Shown one piece after another: positions 30,438 to 40,986 of a stretch of DNA of 57,120 nt. A program made the translations under genes and the position numbers. Within the stretch, counting starts at the first letter, position 1. Each line of letters starts with the position of its first letter. The stretch spans positions 1 to 57,120 of the forward strand of contig SLDR01000028.1 of NCBI GenBank assembly GCA_007125155.1. Reading direction: 5' to 3'. Under the pieces are notes generated by a model, which made no database searches, was not told where the DNA came from, and saw only the letters and a program-made list of their open reading frames with translations. This DNA comes from Candidatus Campbellbacteria bacterium (GTDB taxonomy: Bacteria > Patescibacteriota > Minisyncoccia > Phycocordibacterales > CSBR16-193).

Positions 30438-32927
30438 TTATTCACCGCAACATTTCTTTAATTTTTTTCCCGAACCGCAAGGACATGGGTCGTTTCTACC
30501 AACTTTTTCTCCTTTTTCATTCAAGACCTTTTTGGAAACGGAAGGAGTTCCACCTCCGGCGGCGGCCAATATGGATCCGGCCTTATGTATCTCTCTCAAG
30601 TTGGTCCTCTTTTCTTCAAACTTAAAATCCTCACCTGTATGAGGAAGGGTCTTGGCCAGTTCCTCAACAACCGACTCCCTCATTTCCTGAAAAAGACGAA
30701 GGCCTTCCCTCTTGTACTCGACTAAGGGATCTCTTTGCCCGTAAGCACGAAGGTTAACGCTGGAACGAGTATAATTCATAATATCCAGATGCTCCATCCA
30801 CAGCATATCAATGGTCTGTAAGATCATTTCACTAACAGAAGTGTAGAACTTCTCCTCTTCCATATCTTTACGCAAGGACTCGAAAAGCGATCTCTGCTCC
30901 GGCGTCATGTACTCACCGGCTCTTTCAATATAGCTTTCTATTTTATCCTTATCGCCCAATAGGACCTTTCTGCGGTCCTCATAAACTGACTTCCTTTGGT
31001 GATTTAGAACATCATCGTATTTAAGTATCTGCTTACGAGCATCAAAATGAAAACCCTCTATCTTGGCCTGAGCCTTTTCAAGAGAACGCGAAATAAATCG
31101 ATTCTCTATGGGTTGGTCTTCGGGAATATTGAAAGTTCCCATCATGCTTTTTATTGAATCGGAAGCAAAAACACGCATCAAAGTATCCTCCAGGGAAACA
31201 TAAAATCTGGTCTCTCCCGGATCCCCCTGCCGGCCCGACCTACCTCTAAGCTGATCATCTATTCTACGTGCTTCATGACGCTCGGTTCCTATGATAAAAA
31301 GTCCTCCAAGCGATCTCACCTCTTCGTATTCCTTTTTGTCCGCATTAACGCCACCGAGTTTTATGTCCACCCCTCGTCCGGCCATATTGGTTGCGATGGT
31401 AACGGCACCTCTTCTTCCGGCATGAGCGATTATCTCTCCTTCTCTTTCATGATTTTTGGCATTAAGAACTTGATGATCGATTCCTTGCCTGGAGAGATAC
31501 TCCGATAAGACCTCATTCTTTTCGATCGATACCGTTCCTATCAGAACGGGCTGTCCTTTTTTGTTTAGCTCCTTGACCGTATCTGCGACTGCTTTGAATT
31601 TACCCTGCTCGGTCTGAAAAATAAGATCGTTGTTATCGATCCTTTGCGGCGGTTTATTGGTGGGAATTGAAACGGTTGGGAGACCGTAAACTTTAAAAAA
31701 CTCCTCGGCGGAAGTGGTGGCGGTTCCGGTCATACCTGAAAGCTTTGGATACATTCTGAAGTAGTTCTGGTAAGTGACCGAAGCAAATGTACGTGACTCA
31801 CGCTGAACCGCCAGACCTTCCTTGGCTTCAATGGCTTGATGGAGACCTTCCGAAAGACGCTTCCCCCACTGAAGACGTCCTGTGAAAGGGTCAACCAGTA
31901 TAACTTTGCCTTCACGCACAACATAATCAGTGTCTTTTTGAAAAAGCGCCTTGGCGCGAGCGGCGGTTTCAAGATGGTGAACATATTTAATTCCTTTCTC
32001 TGTGTAAATATTATCAACCCCGAGCGCCTTCTCCGCTTTTGATATCCCTTCCTGACTCAAGCTTACGGTTCGACTTTTTTCATCGACCGTATAATCATCT
32101 TCTTCTTTAAGCCGAGCGGCGATACGCGCAAAAGTCCCGTAAAGATCTTCGGCTTCATCTGCCGGTGCGGAAATTATCAAGGGTGTCCTGGCTTCATCTA
32201 TTAAAACCGAATCAACTTCGTCGACTATGGCAAAATTGAATTCTCTTTGACGAAGATTCTCTTGTCTCCTCTCGGTATTGTCACGCAAATAATCGAAACC
32301 GAACTCGTTATCGGTACCGTAGGTAATATCCGCCTCGTAAGCTTCTCTTCTGGTGACCGGTTTTATGAAATCTTCGACCAATTTGAATGATCCTTTTTCA
32401 TCCCTTTCTTCGTCCTTTCCGGCAACAGCACCGCTATCATAAACAAATGATGCGTCATGAGTTATGACCCCGACACTGAGCCCCAAATGATCATATATCT
32501 GCCCCATCCATATAGCATCGCGTCTTGAGAGGTAATCATTTACAGTCACAACGTGAACCCCTTTGCCTGACAGAGCATTCAAATAAACAGGAAGAGTGGC
32601 AACCAATGTTTTTCCTTCACCGGTTCTCATTTCTGTTATGTTTCCTTTATGGATTGATATTCCTCCCAATAATTGAACATCGAAGTGTCTTTGGGAAAGC
32701 GTTCTCTTTGATGTTTCCCTCACGACCGCGAAGGCTTCCGGTAGAAGTTCATCAAGAGTTTCCCTACCGGCCAGTCTTTCCTTGAACTCATCGGTCTTGT
32801 CCCTGATCCCCTTGTCGGAGAGTTTGCTAATTTCAACCTCTAATCGGTTTATCTCATCTACTATAGGTTGATATTTCTTTATAGGTTTTGTGAATTCGTT
32901 TCCGAAAAGTTTTTTAAAAAAATCCAT
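30438..32927 (-). CDS. secA: Preprotein translocase ATPase SecA
   Basis: MRTGEGKT, VDEVDSVLIDEARTPLIIS, ATNMAGRGVDI, C-terminal GRNDPCPCGSGKK. Confidence 0.98.
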   Translation of the reverse strand: MDFFKKLFGNEFTKPIKKYQPIVDEINRLEVEISKLSDKGIRDKTDEFKERLAGRETLDELLPEAFAVVRETSKRTLSQRHFDVQLLGGISIHKGNITEMRTGEGKTLVATLPVYLNALSGKGVHVVTVNDYLSRRDAIWMGQIYDHLGLSVGVITHDASFVYDSGAVAGKDEERDEKGSFKLVEDFIKPVTRREAYEADITYGTDNEFGFDYLRDNTERRQENLRQREFNFAIVDEVDSVLIDEARTPLIISAPADEAEDLYGTFARIAARLKEEDDYTVDEKSRTVSLSQEGISKAEKALGVDNIYTEKGIKYVHHLETAARAKALFQKDTDYVVREGKVILVDPFTGRLQWGKRLSEGLHQAIEAKEGLAVQRESRTFASVTYQNYFRMYPKLSGMTGTATTSAEEFFKVYGLPTVSIPTNKPPQRIDNNDLIFQTEQGKFKAVADTVKELNKKGQPVLIGTVSIEKNEVLSEYLSRQGIDHQVLNAKNHEREGEIIAHAGRRGAVTIATNMAGRGVDIKLGGVNADKKEYEEVRSLGGLFIIGTERHEARRIDDQLRGRSGRQGDPGETRFYVSLEDTLMRVFASDSIKSMMGTFNIPEDQPIENRFISRSLEKAQAKIEGFHFDARKQILKYDDVLNHQRKSVYEDRRKVLLGDKDKIESYIERAGEYMTPEQRSLFESLRKDMEEEKFYTSVSEMILQTIDMLWMEHLDIMNYTRSSVNLRAYGQRDPLVEYKREGLRLFQEMRESVVEELAKTLPHTGEDFKFEEKRTNLREIHKAGSILAAAGGGTPSVSKKVLNEKGEKVGRNDPCPCGSGKKLKKCCGE

Positions 32928-32962
32928 AGCACAAGTATACATATTTAGGTATCACTCCACAA

Positions 32963-32995
32963 GAAAAACATCGCCGATCGGGATCGGCGATGTTT
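32963..32995 (-). terminator. Terminator of the H1-like gene
   Basis: AAACATCGCCGATC/GATCGGCGATGTTT stem with T-run on the minus strand. Confidence 0.8.
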
Positions 32996-33027
32996 CCAAG
33001 CGCTTTTTTTGTATTGAAAGCGATCTA

Positions 33028-33312
33028 TTATTTTCTGCGTTTGGTCTTTGCGGCGGTCTTCTTTCTTGCCGGAGCTTTCTTTCTGGCGGGAGCTTTCTTC
33101 TTGGCTGCGGTCTTCTTTCTTGCCGGAGCTTTCTTCTTGGCTGCCGTCTTCTTTCTTGCCGGAGCTTTCTTCTTGGCTGCCGTCTTCTTTCTTGCCGGAG
33201 CTTTCTTTCTGGCGGGAGCTTTCTTCTTGGCTGCGGTCTTCTTTCTTGCCGGAGCTTTCTTTCTTGCCGGAGCTTTCTTCTTAGAAGAGGTGGCGCGTTT
33301 TCGAGTGGCCAT
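33028..33312 (-). CDS. Histone H1-like Lys/Ala-rich repeat protein
   Basis: 94 aa of KKAPAR/KKTAAK repeats; A-rich leader and its own terminator. Confidence 0.85.
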   Translation of the reverse strand: MATRKRATSSKKKAPARKKAPARKKTAAKKKAPARKKAPARKKTAAKKKAPARKKTAAKKKAPARKKTAAKKKAPARKKAPARKKTAAKTKRRK

Positions 33313-33427
33313 AATACTTTTGAAAGTATTTAAATTTATAAAAAGAATTATTGTACGACCTAACTACATTGTCTTATATATATTTCATTGTGACAATGTC
33401 TTTTGAAAAAAAGTTGTGGACAATTTT

Positions 33428-34480
33428 TTATGACAAAAGTTTTACTTCGTAATCAACTTCAATTCCGGTTGCGTCCTTAACTCCCTTTTTTATCTCTTCA
33501 GCGAAAGCGAATATCTCCTTCTGGGTGGCACCGTTGTAAGCTACCAGTACAAGCGGTTGTGAATCAAAAAGACCGACATTGCCATGTCTTAATCCTCTGA
33601 CCTTCAAAAGTTTATCCAATATCCAGGCCAACGGTACTTTAAAATATCCCGATCCATGGGGATAAAAAGGAATATCCGGAAATTTCATTTTTACCTTCTG
33701 AAGATCATCTGACGACAAGACCGGGTTTTTAAAAAAAGACCCGACACTTCCGGTACCTTCTTCATCGGGAAATTTCTTTGAACGTATGTCCAGTACCATT
33801 TCACGCATACCGGCACCATCTTGGGAATAATTCCCTGACGACATTCTTTCGGAAATATCTTTATAGTCGGAAACAAAATAAGGCCTCTTGGATAACTTCA
33901 TGATCACGGAAGTTATCAAAAAACGTCCGGGCGAATTCTTAAAAATACTTTCTCTGTAGCCGAAAGAACATTCTTCATTTTTAAATACGGTGAACTTTTC
34001 TTCTTTGGCATCATAAACCTCGACTTCAAACACAAGACCGGAGATCTCCACACCGTAAGCGCCGATATTTTGCACCGGAGCGGCGCCGGCCGTACCGGGA
34101 ATACCCGAAAGATTTTCTAAACCATACAGACCGGCGGAAACACTTCTTTCGACCACCTTGTCCCAATCCTCCCCTGCAAAAACTTTCATGAGGATCGAAT
34201 CCTTTTCTTCATTATTGAAACTTATACCGGGAATCTCCATCTTCACCACCATCCCTTGAACCCCTTCATCCGAAACCAAAATATTCGATCCTCCCCCGAT
34301 CGGTATCAAGGGTGTTTTTTTTCTTTTGGCGAACTTTACTATATCTTTTATATCCTCAACTGATGACGCTCGCGCAAAGTAACGAGCGGGCCCGCCGACT
34401 CCCAGAGTGGTAAAAGGTGCCATTATAATATTCTCTTCAATAAGGGACATATGGTGCATCGAAAGAATTAAAAAGCTCAT
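33428..34480 (-). CDS. murB: UDP-N-acetylmuramate dehydrogenase
   Basis: GGGSNIL, GLENLSGIPGTAGAAPVQNIGAYG, FGYRESIFK, GSFFKNP; start may be 34450. Confidence 0.96.
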   Translation of the reverse strand: MSFLILSMHHMSLIEENIIMAPFTTLGVGGPARYFARASSVEDIKDIVKFAKRKKTPLIPIGGGSNILVSDEGVQGMVVKMEIPGISFNNEEKDSILMKVFAGEDWDKVVERSVSAGLYGLENLSGIPGTAGAAPVQNIGAYGVEISGLVFEVEVYDAKEEKFTVFKNEECSFGYRESIFKNSPGRFLITSVIMKLSKRPYFVSDYKDISERMSSGNYSQDGAGMREMVLDIRSKKFPDEEGTGSVGSFFKNPVLSSDDLQKVKMKFPDIPFYPHGSGYFKVPLAWILDKLLKVRGLRHGNVGLFDSQPLVLVAYNGATQKEIFAFAEEIKKGVKDATGIEVDYEVKLLS

Positions 34481-36270
34481 TTATCCCGCTCTTCTTCTAT
34501 TCCCAGGATCTTATTGAGTCGTTCTTCGGGGATCTCGCGTATATTGCTTTCATTGGAGCTTGTTTTACTTTTTTTTATTTTTTCTTTACTTTCCTTTATC
34601 TCTTCTTTATTCGATCTCTCTACTTCACTTTCTATCGTTACATCTTCTTCAGTCTCGATATCAAGCGAAGCACTCTCATCCTTCTTCTCTTTTTTCACAC
34701 CCTTAATGGGACCTCTCTTATTTTTCAAAGCCTCCAACGCTTGCCTCAGCTCCACTTTTGCATCTTTTTCCCGATTGGGGATCTTTTTGATGACCGATCT
34801 CTTTCCGGCCACCGCCTTGCGGATCATTTCCCCGATATCTTCCGTTTCCTCGCTCTCCTTCAATAAAGCGGTACTCGGCATATTCTTTTTGATACCGACT
34901 TTTTTCTTCACCTTGGCGGAAGAACTGACCGAGGTTCTCTTTTTTTCCTCGGACATTTCCGTGGTCTCTTTTTTGTCCTGGTTATACCACACCTTTATAT
35001 GATCTTCGACGGACACCCTGGATCGAGAATAAGTCTGTCTGGAATAATCAACGATCCTCGGTTTAAGGGTGAACTCGGGAGGTTCAATGGGGGGCAAAGT
35101 ACGAGCGGAAAAAGGAGATGAGCTTACGCCGTCTATCATGAGCTTCAGATAAACCTGAGCGAAGCCGAGGTTAACGAGGTCCTCCGCAGTAAACTTGGGA
35201 GCAAATTCCTTCTCCAAAACCTCAGCGTCGTAAGCCCCGACCCGAAAAGAGATCATTGTGCCTACGTTTCCAAAAACGGCATCTTTAACCTCTTCTGCCA
35301 TCTGTTCAATATATTGGTGTGCAAGAGTAAGGTTTAGTTTATATTTTCGAGCCTCAGAAAGTATGTCCGCGAAGGACTCGTTGGCAAAGGACTGGAACTC
35401 ATCGACGTAAAGAAAGAAATTCGGAAGCTTTGCAAGCTCCCTTTCCTCCGTGTCGGCGCGAGACATGGCGGCGAGATAAAGTTTGGTTATGATCATGCTT
35501 CCCAAGAGGTTGGCATTGACCTCCCCTATCCTACCTTTGGAAAGGTTGACAATGAATATCTTTCGCTTGTCCAAAATATCCCTCAGATCGAAACTTGATA
35601 TCGGCTGCCCGATTATGTTCCTTATCAAAGGATTGGAAGTGAACTGCCCAACCTTGTTCTGGATGGCCGGGGTCGCCTCGGCGGCGAACCTGTCGGTGTA
35701 ACGTGCGAACTCCTCTTCCCAAAAAGCTCTTACCGTAGTATCGGTCACATTCTCGACTACTGTTCTTCTATAAGTCTTATCGGAAAACATCCTGTTTATA
35801 CTTAGCAGTGTGGAACCCGGATACTCCAAAAGAGCCAGCAAAGTGTTTCCAAGTATATACTCCATCCTCGCAGACCACGCATCAACCCATATCTTCTTGA
35901 AAGCGCTCATAAGGCCGCTCATTACCAAATGACGCTTGTCATAACCGACATCCTCCATGACATTGAAGGCTATGGGATACTCAACATCAAAAGGGGCGAA
36001 ATATACGACATCCTCTATCCTCTCCTTGGGGATATAATCAAGAAGAAGGTCAGCGCTCTTACCGTGCGGATCGATAAAAGCCAAACCTTCACCGTTCTCG
36101 ATATCCTGAACGGCCATATTCTCAAGAATGGTGGACTTTCCCATTCCCGTCTTCCCAATTATATACATGTGGCGGGATCTATCCTTGGCCTTTATACCAA
36201 AGACCTTTCTTTTACTGCGGGAGTCCGTTTCTCCTATATATGTAACTTTCTCCGGATCAATACTCTTCAT
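34477..36270 (-). CDS. VirD4/TrwB-like (type IV coupling protein-like) ATPase with charged C-terminal tail
   Basis: RHMYIIGKTGMGKST, IDPHG, LYVDEFQ, LSEARKY, LAHQY. Confidence 0.88.
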   Translation of the reverse strand: MKSIDPEKVTYIGETDSRSKRKVFGIKAKDRSRHMYIIGKTGMGKSTILENMAVQDIENGEGLAFIDPHGKSADLLLDYIPKERIEDVVYFAPFDVEYPIAFNVMEDVGYDKRHLVMSGLMSAFKKIWVDAWSARMEYILGNTLLALLEYPGSTLLSINRMFSDKTYRRTVVENVTDTTVRAFWEEEFARYTDRFAAEATPAIQNKVGQFTSNPLIRNIIGQPISSFDLRDILDKRKIFIVNLSKGRIGEVNANLLGSMIITKLYLAAMSRADTEERELAKLPNFFLYVDEFQSFANESFADILSEARKYKLNLTLAHQYIEQMAEEVKDAVFGNVGTMISFRVGAYDAEVLEKEFAPKFTAEDLVNLGFAQVYLKLMIDGVSSSPFSARTLPPIEPPEFTLKPRIVDYSRQTYSRSRVSVEDHIKVWYNQDKKETTEMSEEKKRTSVSSSAKVKKKVGIKKNMPSTALLKESEETEDIGEMIRKAVAGKRSVIKKIPNREKDAKVELRQALEALKNKRGPIKGVKKEKKDESASLDIETEEDVTIESEVERSNKEEIKESKEKIKKSKTSSNESNIREIPEERLNKILGIEEERDK

Positions 36271-36319
36271 AAAACCTCAATTATGATCCCATGATAACAC
36301 TTTCGGTCTTTGAACAACA

Positions 36320-37645
36320 CTAAGGAGCCGGTTTCAGAGCACCGGGTGTATATCTGTTCGAAGGGTCCCATAACATCCAAGAATCAAGACCGGCGGAATA
36401 AACCGCTTGTATCTGAAGGCGCACATCTTCGGCCGTATAAGGTCCGCCGTAACGAAAGTCTTGGATCCAAGGACGGATCTTGTTCTTATCGAAAACATCC
36501 TTGGTATATATGGCCGGGGTTGTGGTCCCCACCCTTTCACCTTCGATGGTCTTGATCGTGGTCGTGGCGGCGGTGGTTCTCTCTATGGCATCATCCAAAG
36601 ACCATTTTACGATCTGGTACGGGTATTCGTTCGGATTGCCCAGCCCTTTGAATCCGACGGGGTAATGAGACGGATAGACCATTGGAGAAATAAAATCAAA
36701 GTAAGGCAGAGCTTTCTCCCATATCTGTCCTATACCAAGATCGCTGTAAACAGAGGTCGTCATGCCGAAAAGGTCTGCTGAAGTGACAACGCCCACGTCT
36801 TTCAGCTCTTGATGAAGATAGTGAAAGAACTCTTCAATAACATCGGCTCTCTCTCTTTCTTTGCTATGAGGAAAATAAATATCACCCATCGGACCGTCGG
36901 ACGGGAACCGAATGTAATCAAAATTTATCTCATCAAAACCCAACTCATAAGATTCCTTGGTAAGCTTTATATGATAATCCCAAACTTCCACCGAGGACGG
37001 ATCGGTAAAGCTTATTCCTTTGTTGTCCCTCCATATCACTCTGTCACTTTCACGCAAAACAGCCAGATCCGGTCTTTTCTTTGTCAAAAAATTATCTTGA
37101 AAAACAGATATTCTTCCTATGACATATATTCCTCTTTCGTTAAGTTCATGGACAAATTCCTTCATATCACCTACAGGGCAGTGGGTTGCGTATGCTTTTT
37201 CAAGTTCAGGGTCATTAGACCTGAAAGAGATCATGCCCGTAAAATCCTTAATGTCTATAACTATGGAATTAAGCTCCGTAGTCTCGATAAGTTGAACCAG
37301 TCCGCTTCGCAATGAAGGCGACCCGGCATAACAGCTGGTCATATACAAAGACCTGACCCTCTCAGGTGTTTGCATCCTTATCGGAGAAAGGTGTTCGGTT
37401 TCTTCCTCACCGTCCTCAGGTCGAACCTCAACCTCATCTTCATCATCACGCTCCTCTTCTCTTATTTCTTCATTAGCGTTATCCTCTTTCAGGCCTTCGT
37501 CCTCTTCTTCTTTATCCGTTTGGGTCTCTACGTTCAACGATCCATTATCATTTTTTAAAGCGGAAAAACCGATGACCAGAGATACCGTCAAAAAAAGAGA
37601 CACAAGAAAAAGAGCCGGCAAGATGATCAATAACTTCTTTTTCAT
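36320..37645 (-). CDS. Membrane-anchored putative glycoside hydrolase (DUF4015-like)
   Basis: N-terminal TM; NSIVIDIKD, GFDEINFDYIRFP, SPMVYPSHY, RPWIQDF. Confidence 0.85.
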   Translation of the reverse strand: MKKKLLIILPALFLVSLFLTVSLVIGFSALKNDNGSLNVETQTDKEEEDEGLKEDNANEEIREEERDDEDEVEVRPEDGEEETEHLSPIRMQTPERVRSLYMTSCYAGSPSLRSGLVQLIETTELNSIVIDIKDFTGMISFRSNDPELEKAYATHCPVGDMKEFVHELNERGIYVIGRISVFQDNFLTKKRPDLAVLRESDRVIWRDNKGISFTDPSSVEVWDYHIKLTKESYELGFDEINFDYIRFPSDGPMGDIYFPHSKERERADVIEEFFHYLHQELKDVGVVTSADLFGMTTSVYSDLGIGQIWEKALPYFDFISPMVYPSHYPVGFKGLGNPNEYPYQIVKWSLDDAIERTTAATTTIKTIEGERVGTTTPAIYTKDVFDKNKIRPWIQDFRYGGPYTAEDVRLQIQAVYSAGLDSWMLWDPSNRYTPGALKPAP

Positions 37646-37668
37646 CTGTTTCTACTTTTTCAAAACAC

Positions 37669-37965
37669 CTAAAAGGACTCCTCCCCCTCGGGAGATCCTT
37701 CTTTTTTCTCCTTATCTGTTTTTTTCAAACCTGACGAACGTTTGACCACCTTGCTTTGTATCCTTTCACCATAGACCTCTGTGTTCACCTCATAATCTCG
37801 AAAAAAGGCGTCCTGGGCACGCATTATGACCGCGTAAAGCTCAATGACCACTATTATTCCTCCAAGTAAAAAGAGAACGTAAGGCTCCCAACCTCTGGGG
37901 AAACCCAAAAGGGGTGTGAGTATTATCAGGATGGCCGTAATTATTATTATACTTGATCTCGACAT
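37669..37965 (-). CDS. Small two-TM hypothetical protein
   Basis: ATG at 37965; TM-PLLGFPRGW-TM followed by a charged tail. Confidence 0.7.
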   Translation of the reverse strand: MSRSSIIIITAILIILTPLLGFPRGWEPYVLFLLGGIIVVIELYAVIMRAQDAFFRDYEVNTEVYGERIQSKVVKRSSGLKKTDKEKKEGSPEGEESF

Positions 37966-37978
37966 GGATATTTGAACA

Positions 37979-39349
37979 TCAACTTTTTTGAACAATGGCC
38001 TCTTTAAAGCAAGTATATCTTTCCGGCCGAACTTTTTCCAGTAACAATTCATCGGTAGCGGTGTAGATGTCTCCGGCCCCCATCATGATGACTATGCTGT
38101 CTTTGTCCGATATCGATGAAACCAATTCCGAGACACCATCCAATGAACCGACAAAAGAAGCTCCGCCTCCCCCCGCTATGATGGAGGAAGCCATCTGTTC
38201 GGAAGAATATAATGGCTCATGATCTTCCGTTCTGGCCCGGCATACCGGTGTTAAAACGACATGATCGGCTTTAGACAGAGCCTTGACAAAATCATCAAAG
38301 AAAAAGTCGGTCCGGCTATGAAGATGAGGCTGAAAAACCACCACTATCCTCTTATCTTTGAATCTCTCCATCGCCGCCTCTATGGTTGCCGATATCTCCG
38401 CCGGATGATGTGCGTAATCATCGAAAACTAAAGCTCCTCCGGCTGTCTTTCCTTTGTATTCGAATCTTCTCCAAGTTCCGGCGAATGAACCGAGTCGTTT
38501 TACGGCTTCAACTTCCGATACTCCCAAGATCTCAGCGACGGTAACAGCGGCTTTAGCGTTGTTTCGATTGTGTTCTCCGGGAACCATAAGGTCCTCCATT
38601 TTTATCCTTTTACTTCCGTAATTCAATACATCCAAATCGGAATGACCCACTACCGACCTCACAGTATCATCATCGGTCAAACACACCAGTTTTCCGCCGG
38701 GAGCGACTCTTGATACCATTTCTTCAAAAGCGAAACGAATGTCCTCCAGATCCTTATAGCAATCAAGATGGTCCTCTTCTATGTTGGTAATTACAAGTAT
38801 GTCCGGATACAAATGTAAAAAAGACCTTTTGTACTCACATGCCTCGACGACAAAGCAGTTGTCATTTCCAACACGAAAGTTCGAGAATCTTTTTTCGTCG
38901 GCACCGCCCTTTACCATTGAACCCACTATCACCATGGGATCCATACCCGAATTCTCAAGTATGTGAGCCACCATAGCGGTTGTTGTTGTCTTGCCATGAG
39001 TACCCGCAACGGCTACTGTAAAAATTTCTTTCGATATGAGACCTAAAGCCTCCGGATAAGATAGAACCGGAATGTTCATTCGCCTCGCCTCCAACAGTTC
39101 AGGGTGGTCATTCGATATCGCCGGAGTATGCACCAAAAGATCGACGGTATCCTTTATGTCATGAATTAAACCCCCACAAGTTATTCCCGCACCGGCATCC
39201 GAGAGACCTTCAATTATTTCAGAGAAGCCCTGATCGGAACCGGTTACCACCTTTCCGCAAGAAAGACACATTCCCGCCAATGCCGACATGCCTATGCCAC
39301 CAATACCGGAAAAGTGTATTCTTTCAAATCGGTCGAGACCTCCTAACAT
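37979..39349 (-). CDS. murC: UDP-N-acetylmuramate--L-alanine ligase
   Basis: GIGGIGMSALA, GTHGKTTT, DDYAHHP, FQPH. Confidence 0.96.
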   Translation of the reverse strand: MLGGLDRFERIHFSGIGGIGMSALAGMCLSCGKVVTGSDQGFSEIIEGLSDAGAGITCGGLIHDIKDTVDLLVHTPAISNDHPELLEARRMNIPVLSYPEALGLISKEIFTVAVAGTHGKTTTTAMVAHILENSGMDPMVIVGSMVKGGADEKRFSNFRVGNDNCFVVEACEYKRSFLHLYPDILVITNIEEDHLDCYKDLEDIRFAFEEMVSRVAPGGKLVCLTDDDTVRSVVGHSDLDVLNYGSKRIKMEDLMVPGEHNRNNAKAAVTVAEILGVSEVEAVKRLGSFAGTWRRFEYKGKTAGGALVFDDYAHHPAEISATIEAAMERFKDKRIVVVFQPHLHSRTDFFFDDFVKALSKADHVVLTPVCRARTEDHEPLYSSEQMASSIIAGGGGASFVGSLDGVSELVSSISDKDSIVIMMGAGDIYTATDELLLEKVRPERYTCFKEAIVQKS

Positions 39350-39390
39350 GAAAAAAGTATAGCATATATGCTATATAATAAAAAATATCC

Positions 39391-40737
39391 CTATTTGGTG
39401 GACAGTTCTTCTCTCTTTTTTTCAAGAACATTCAAGAAAGACCTTTCTCGCTCATACTCGTTACCGAACTGGGAAAAAGAGGCAAAGGCCGGACTAAAAA
39501 GAATAACGTCTCCCTCTTCAGATATCGAATAGGCCGTATCAAGAGCATCTTCAATATCGTCGACCAACTTGATTTTTGATGGGTTTATCATCTCCTTTAT
39601 TCTTTCGGTTCCCGACCCGGGTAAAAAAAGACATTTATGAACCGAGTTCTCGACCACCTCCGCCAGAACGTTAATGGGAAGATCCTTGTCGGCACCTCCC
39701 GCTATCAATATGATCCTTCCTTTTTTTTCCAAGGCCTTTACGGAGGCGGCGGTAGCTTCGGGTGTGGTCGCGTTGTTGTCGTTGTAGAACATCCTTTCTT
39801 TTATCTTTCCTTTATATTGCAGACGACCGGATACACCCGGAAATTCGGCAAGGGAAGCTCTGCATGTATCTTGAGATACTCCCAAGGACAACGCCGTAGA
39901 TACGGCCAGAGCGGCGTTAACACGGTTATGCTCTCCCTCTACGGAGACGGGCCAATCGGATGGAATATCAATGTTCGACACGCTCTTTACTTTGCTTTTT
40001 ATCCTTCCTCCATATCTTTCTTTGATCATTCGACATACCCGCTCTTCGGCGATCAGAAGATCCGTTTCTTTCTGGTTAAGAAAAATAGACGCCTTGTCAT
40101 TCAAATATGAATCCATATCTCCTTTATAATAATTCAGATGGTCGGGCCCGAAGTTCGTAAAGATAGACAGATCCGGGGACATGGAGACCTCGGAGAAGCC
40201 CTGCAACTGCCAAGAATCCAGTTCAAGTAAAGCCAATTCATCTTTTGAACTCTCAGGCAAATGGGCCAACGTGGAAGACAGATACGCATTTCCACCAAGA
40301 AATACCTTCTTACCGGCTTTCTTCAAAATATAATATAATAAATGAGACACGGTGGTCTTACCTTTTGTGCCCGTCACACCAATGACGAGTGAGGGTGTCA
40401 TCTCCGCAAACAATGCGGTACTCATTCTGACGGGAATACCGGCCTTTCGGGCCTCGTTTATATAAAAGGAATCCAAAGGGACTCCCGCTCCCTTGATAAC
40501 CATGTCTATATCTCGAAAATCCCTGATCCTGTGACCACCCAGTACGAACCGAATGTTCTTGAGGTCATCCAGTTTAACCACGCTTTCTTTAAGATGTTCT
40601 TCGGATTTGATATCGGTAACGGTAACATAGGCTCCGCACTCCGCCAAAAACCTTGCGTCACCTATACCCCTGCCGAGCGATCCAAGACCCATCAATGTTA
40701 TTCTTTTGCCTTTGAAATATTTCTCAAAAGAGGCCAT
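39391..40737 (-). CDS. murD: UDP-N-acetylmuramoyl-L-alanine--D-glutamate ligase
   Basis: GVTGTKGKTT, ELDSWQL, DHLNYY, IAGGADK, SPAFASF. Confidence 0.93.
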   Translation of the reverse strand: MASFEKYFKGKRITLMGLGSLGRGIGDARFLAECGAYVTVTDIKSEEHLKESVVKLDDLKNIRFVLGGHRIRDFRDIDMVIKGAGVPLDSFYINEARKAGIPVRMSTALFAEMTPSLVIGVTGTKGKTTVSHLLYYILKKAGKKVFLGGNAYLSSTLAHLPESSKDELALLELDSWQLQGFSEVSMSPDLSIFTNFGPDHLNYYKGDMDSYLNDKASIFLNQKETDLLIAEERVCRMIKERYGGRIKSKVKSVSNIDIPSDWPVSVEGEHNRVNAALAVSTALSLGVSQDTCRASLAEFPGVSGRLQYKGKIKERMFYNDNNATTPEATAASVKALEKKGRIILIAGGADKDLPINVLAEVVENSVHKCLFLPGSGTERIKEMINPSKIKLVDDIEDALDTAYSISEEGDVILFSPAFASFSQFGNEYERERSFLNVLEKKREELSTK

Positions 40738-40750
40738 AGGAGTTTTTCTG

Positions 40751-40835
40751 TGCCGTGGGGGAGAGTTGAACTCCCACTCCCTTTAAGGGAACTGCGCCCT
40801 GAACGCAGCGCGTCTACCAATTCCGCCACCACGGC
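40751..40835 (-). tRNA. tRNA-Leu(CAG), CCA not encoded
   Basis: GCCGTGGTGGCGGAATTGGTAGACGCG CTGCG-TTCAGGG-CGCAG, long variable arm, GTTCAAC T-loop. Confidence 0.96.
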
Positions 40836-40986
40836 ATTCACAGAAAATATAACAATAAAAATAAAAAGAGTCCAAAAAAGTCGAGGGCCACGATCGGTGG
40901 TCGATAAAAACCGGCAAACATTCAAGCACGCGAACAACATTATGTTGTTCGTTGAATCTTTATTGTAAAACTAATAAAATCTATTC

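Noticed and set aside
30257..30445. 62-aa ORF after secA
   Set aside because: GTG start, no recognisable motif; cannot be supported from sequence alone.
32890..33406. Repetitive + strand ORFs (FFLAGA, LLSCRS, SSFLPEL repeats)
   Set aside because: They are antisense readings of the H1-like gene, whose leader and terminator are on the minus strand.
40531..40968. ORFs 40531..40968 and 40698..40940
   Set aside because: They overlap tRNA-Leu and murD.
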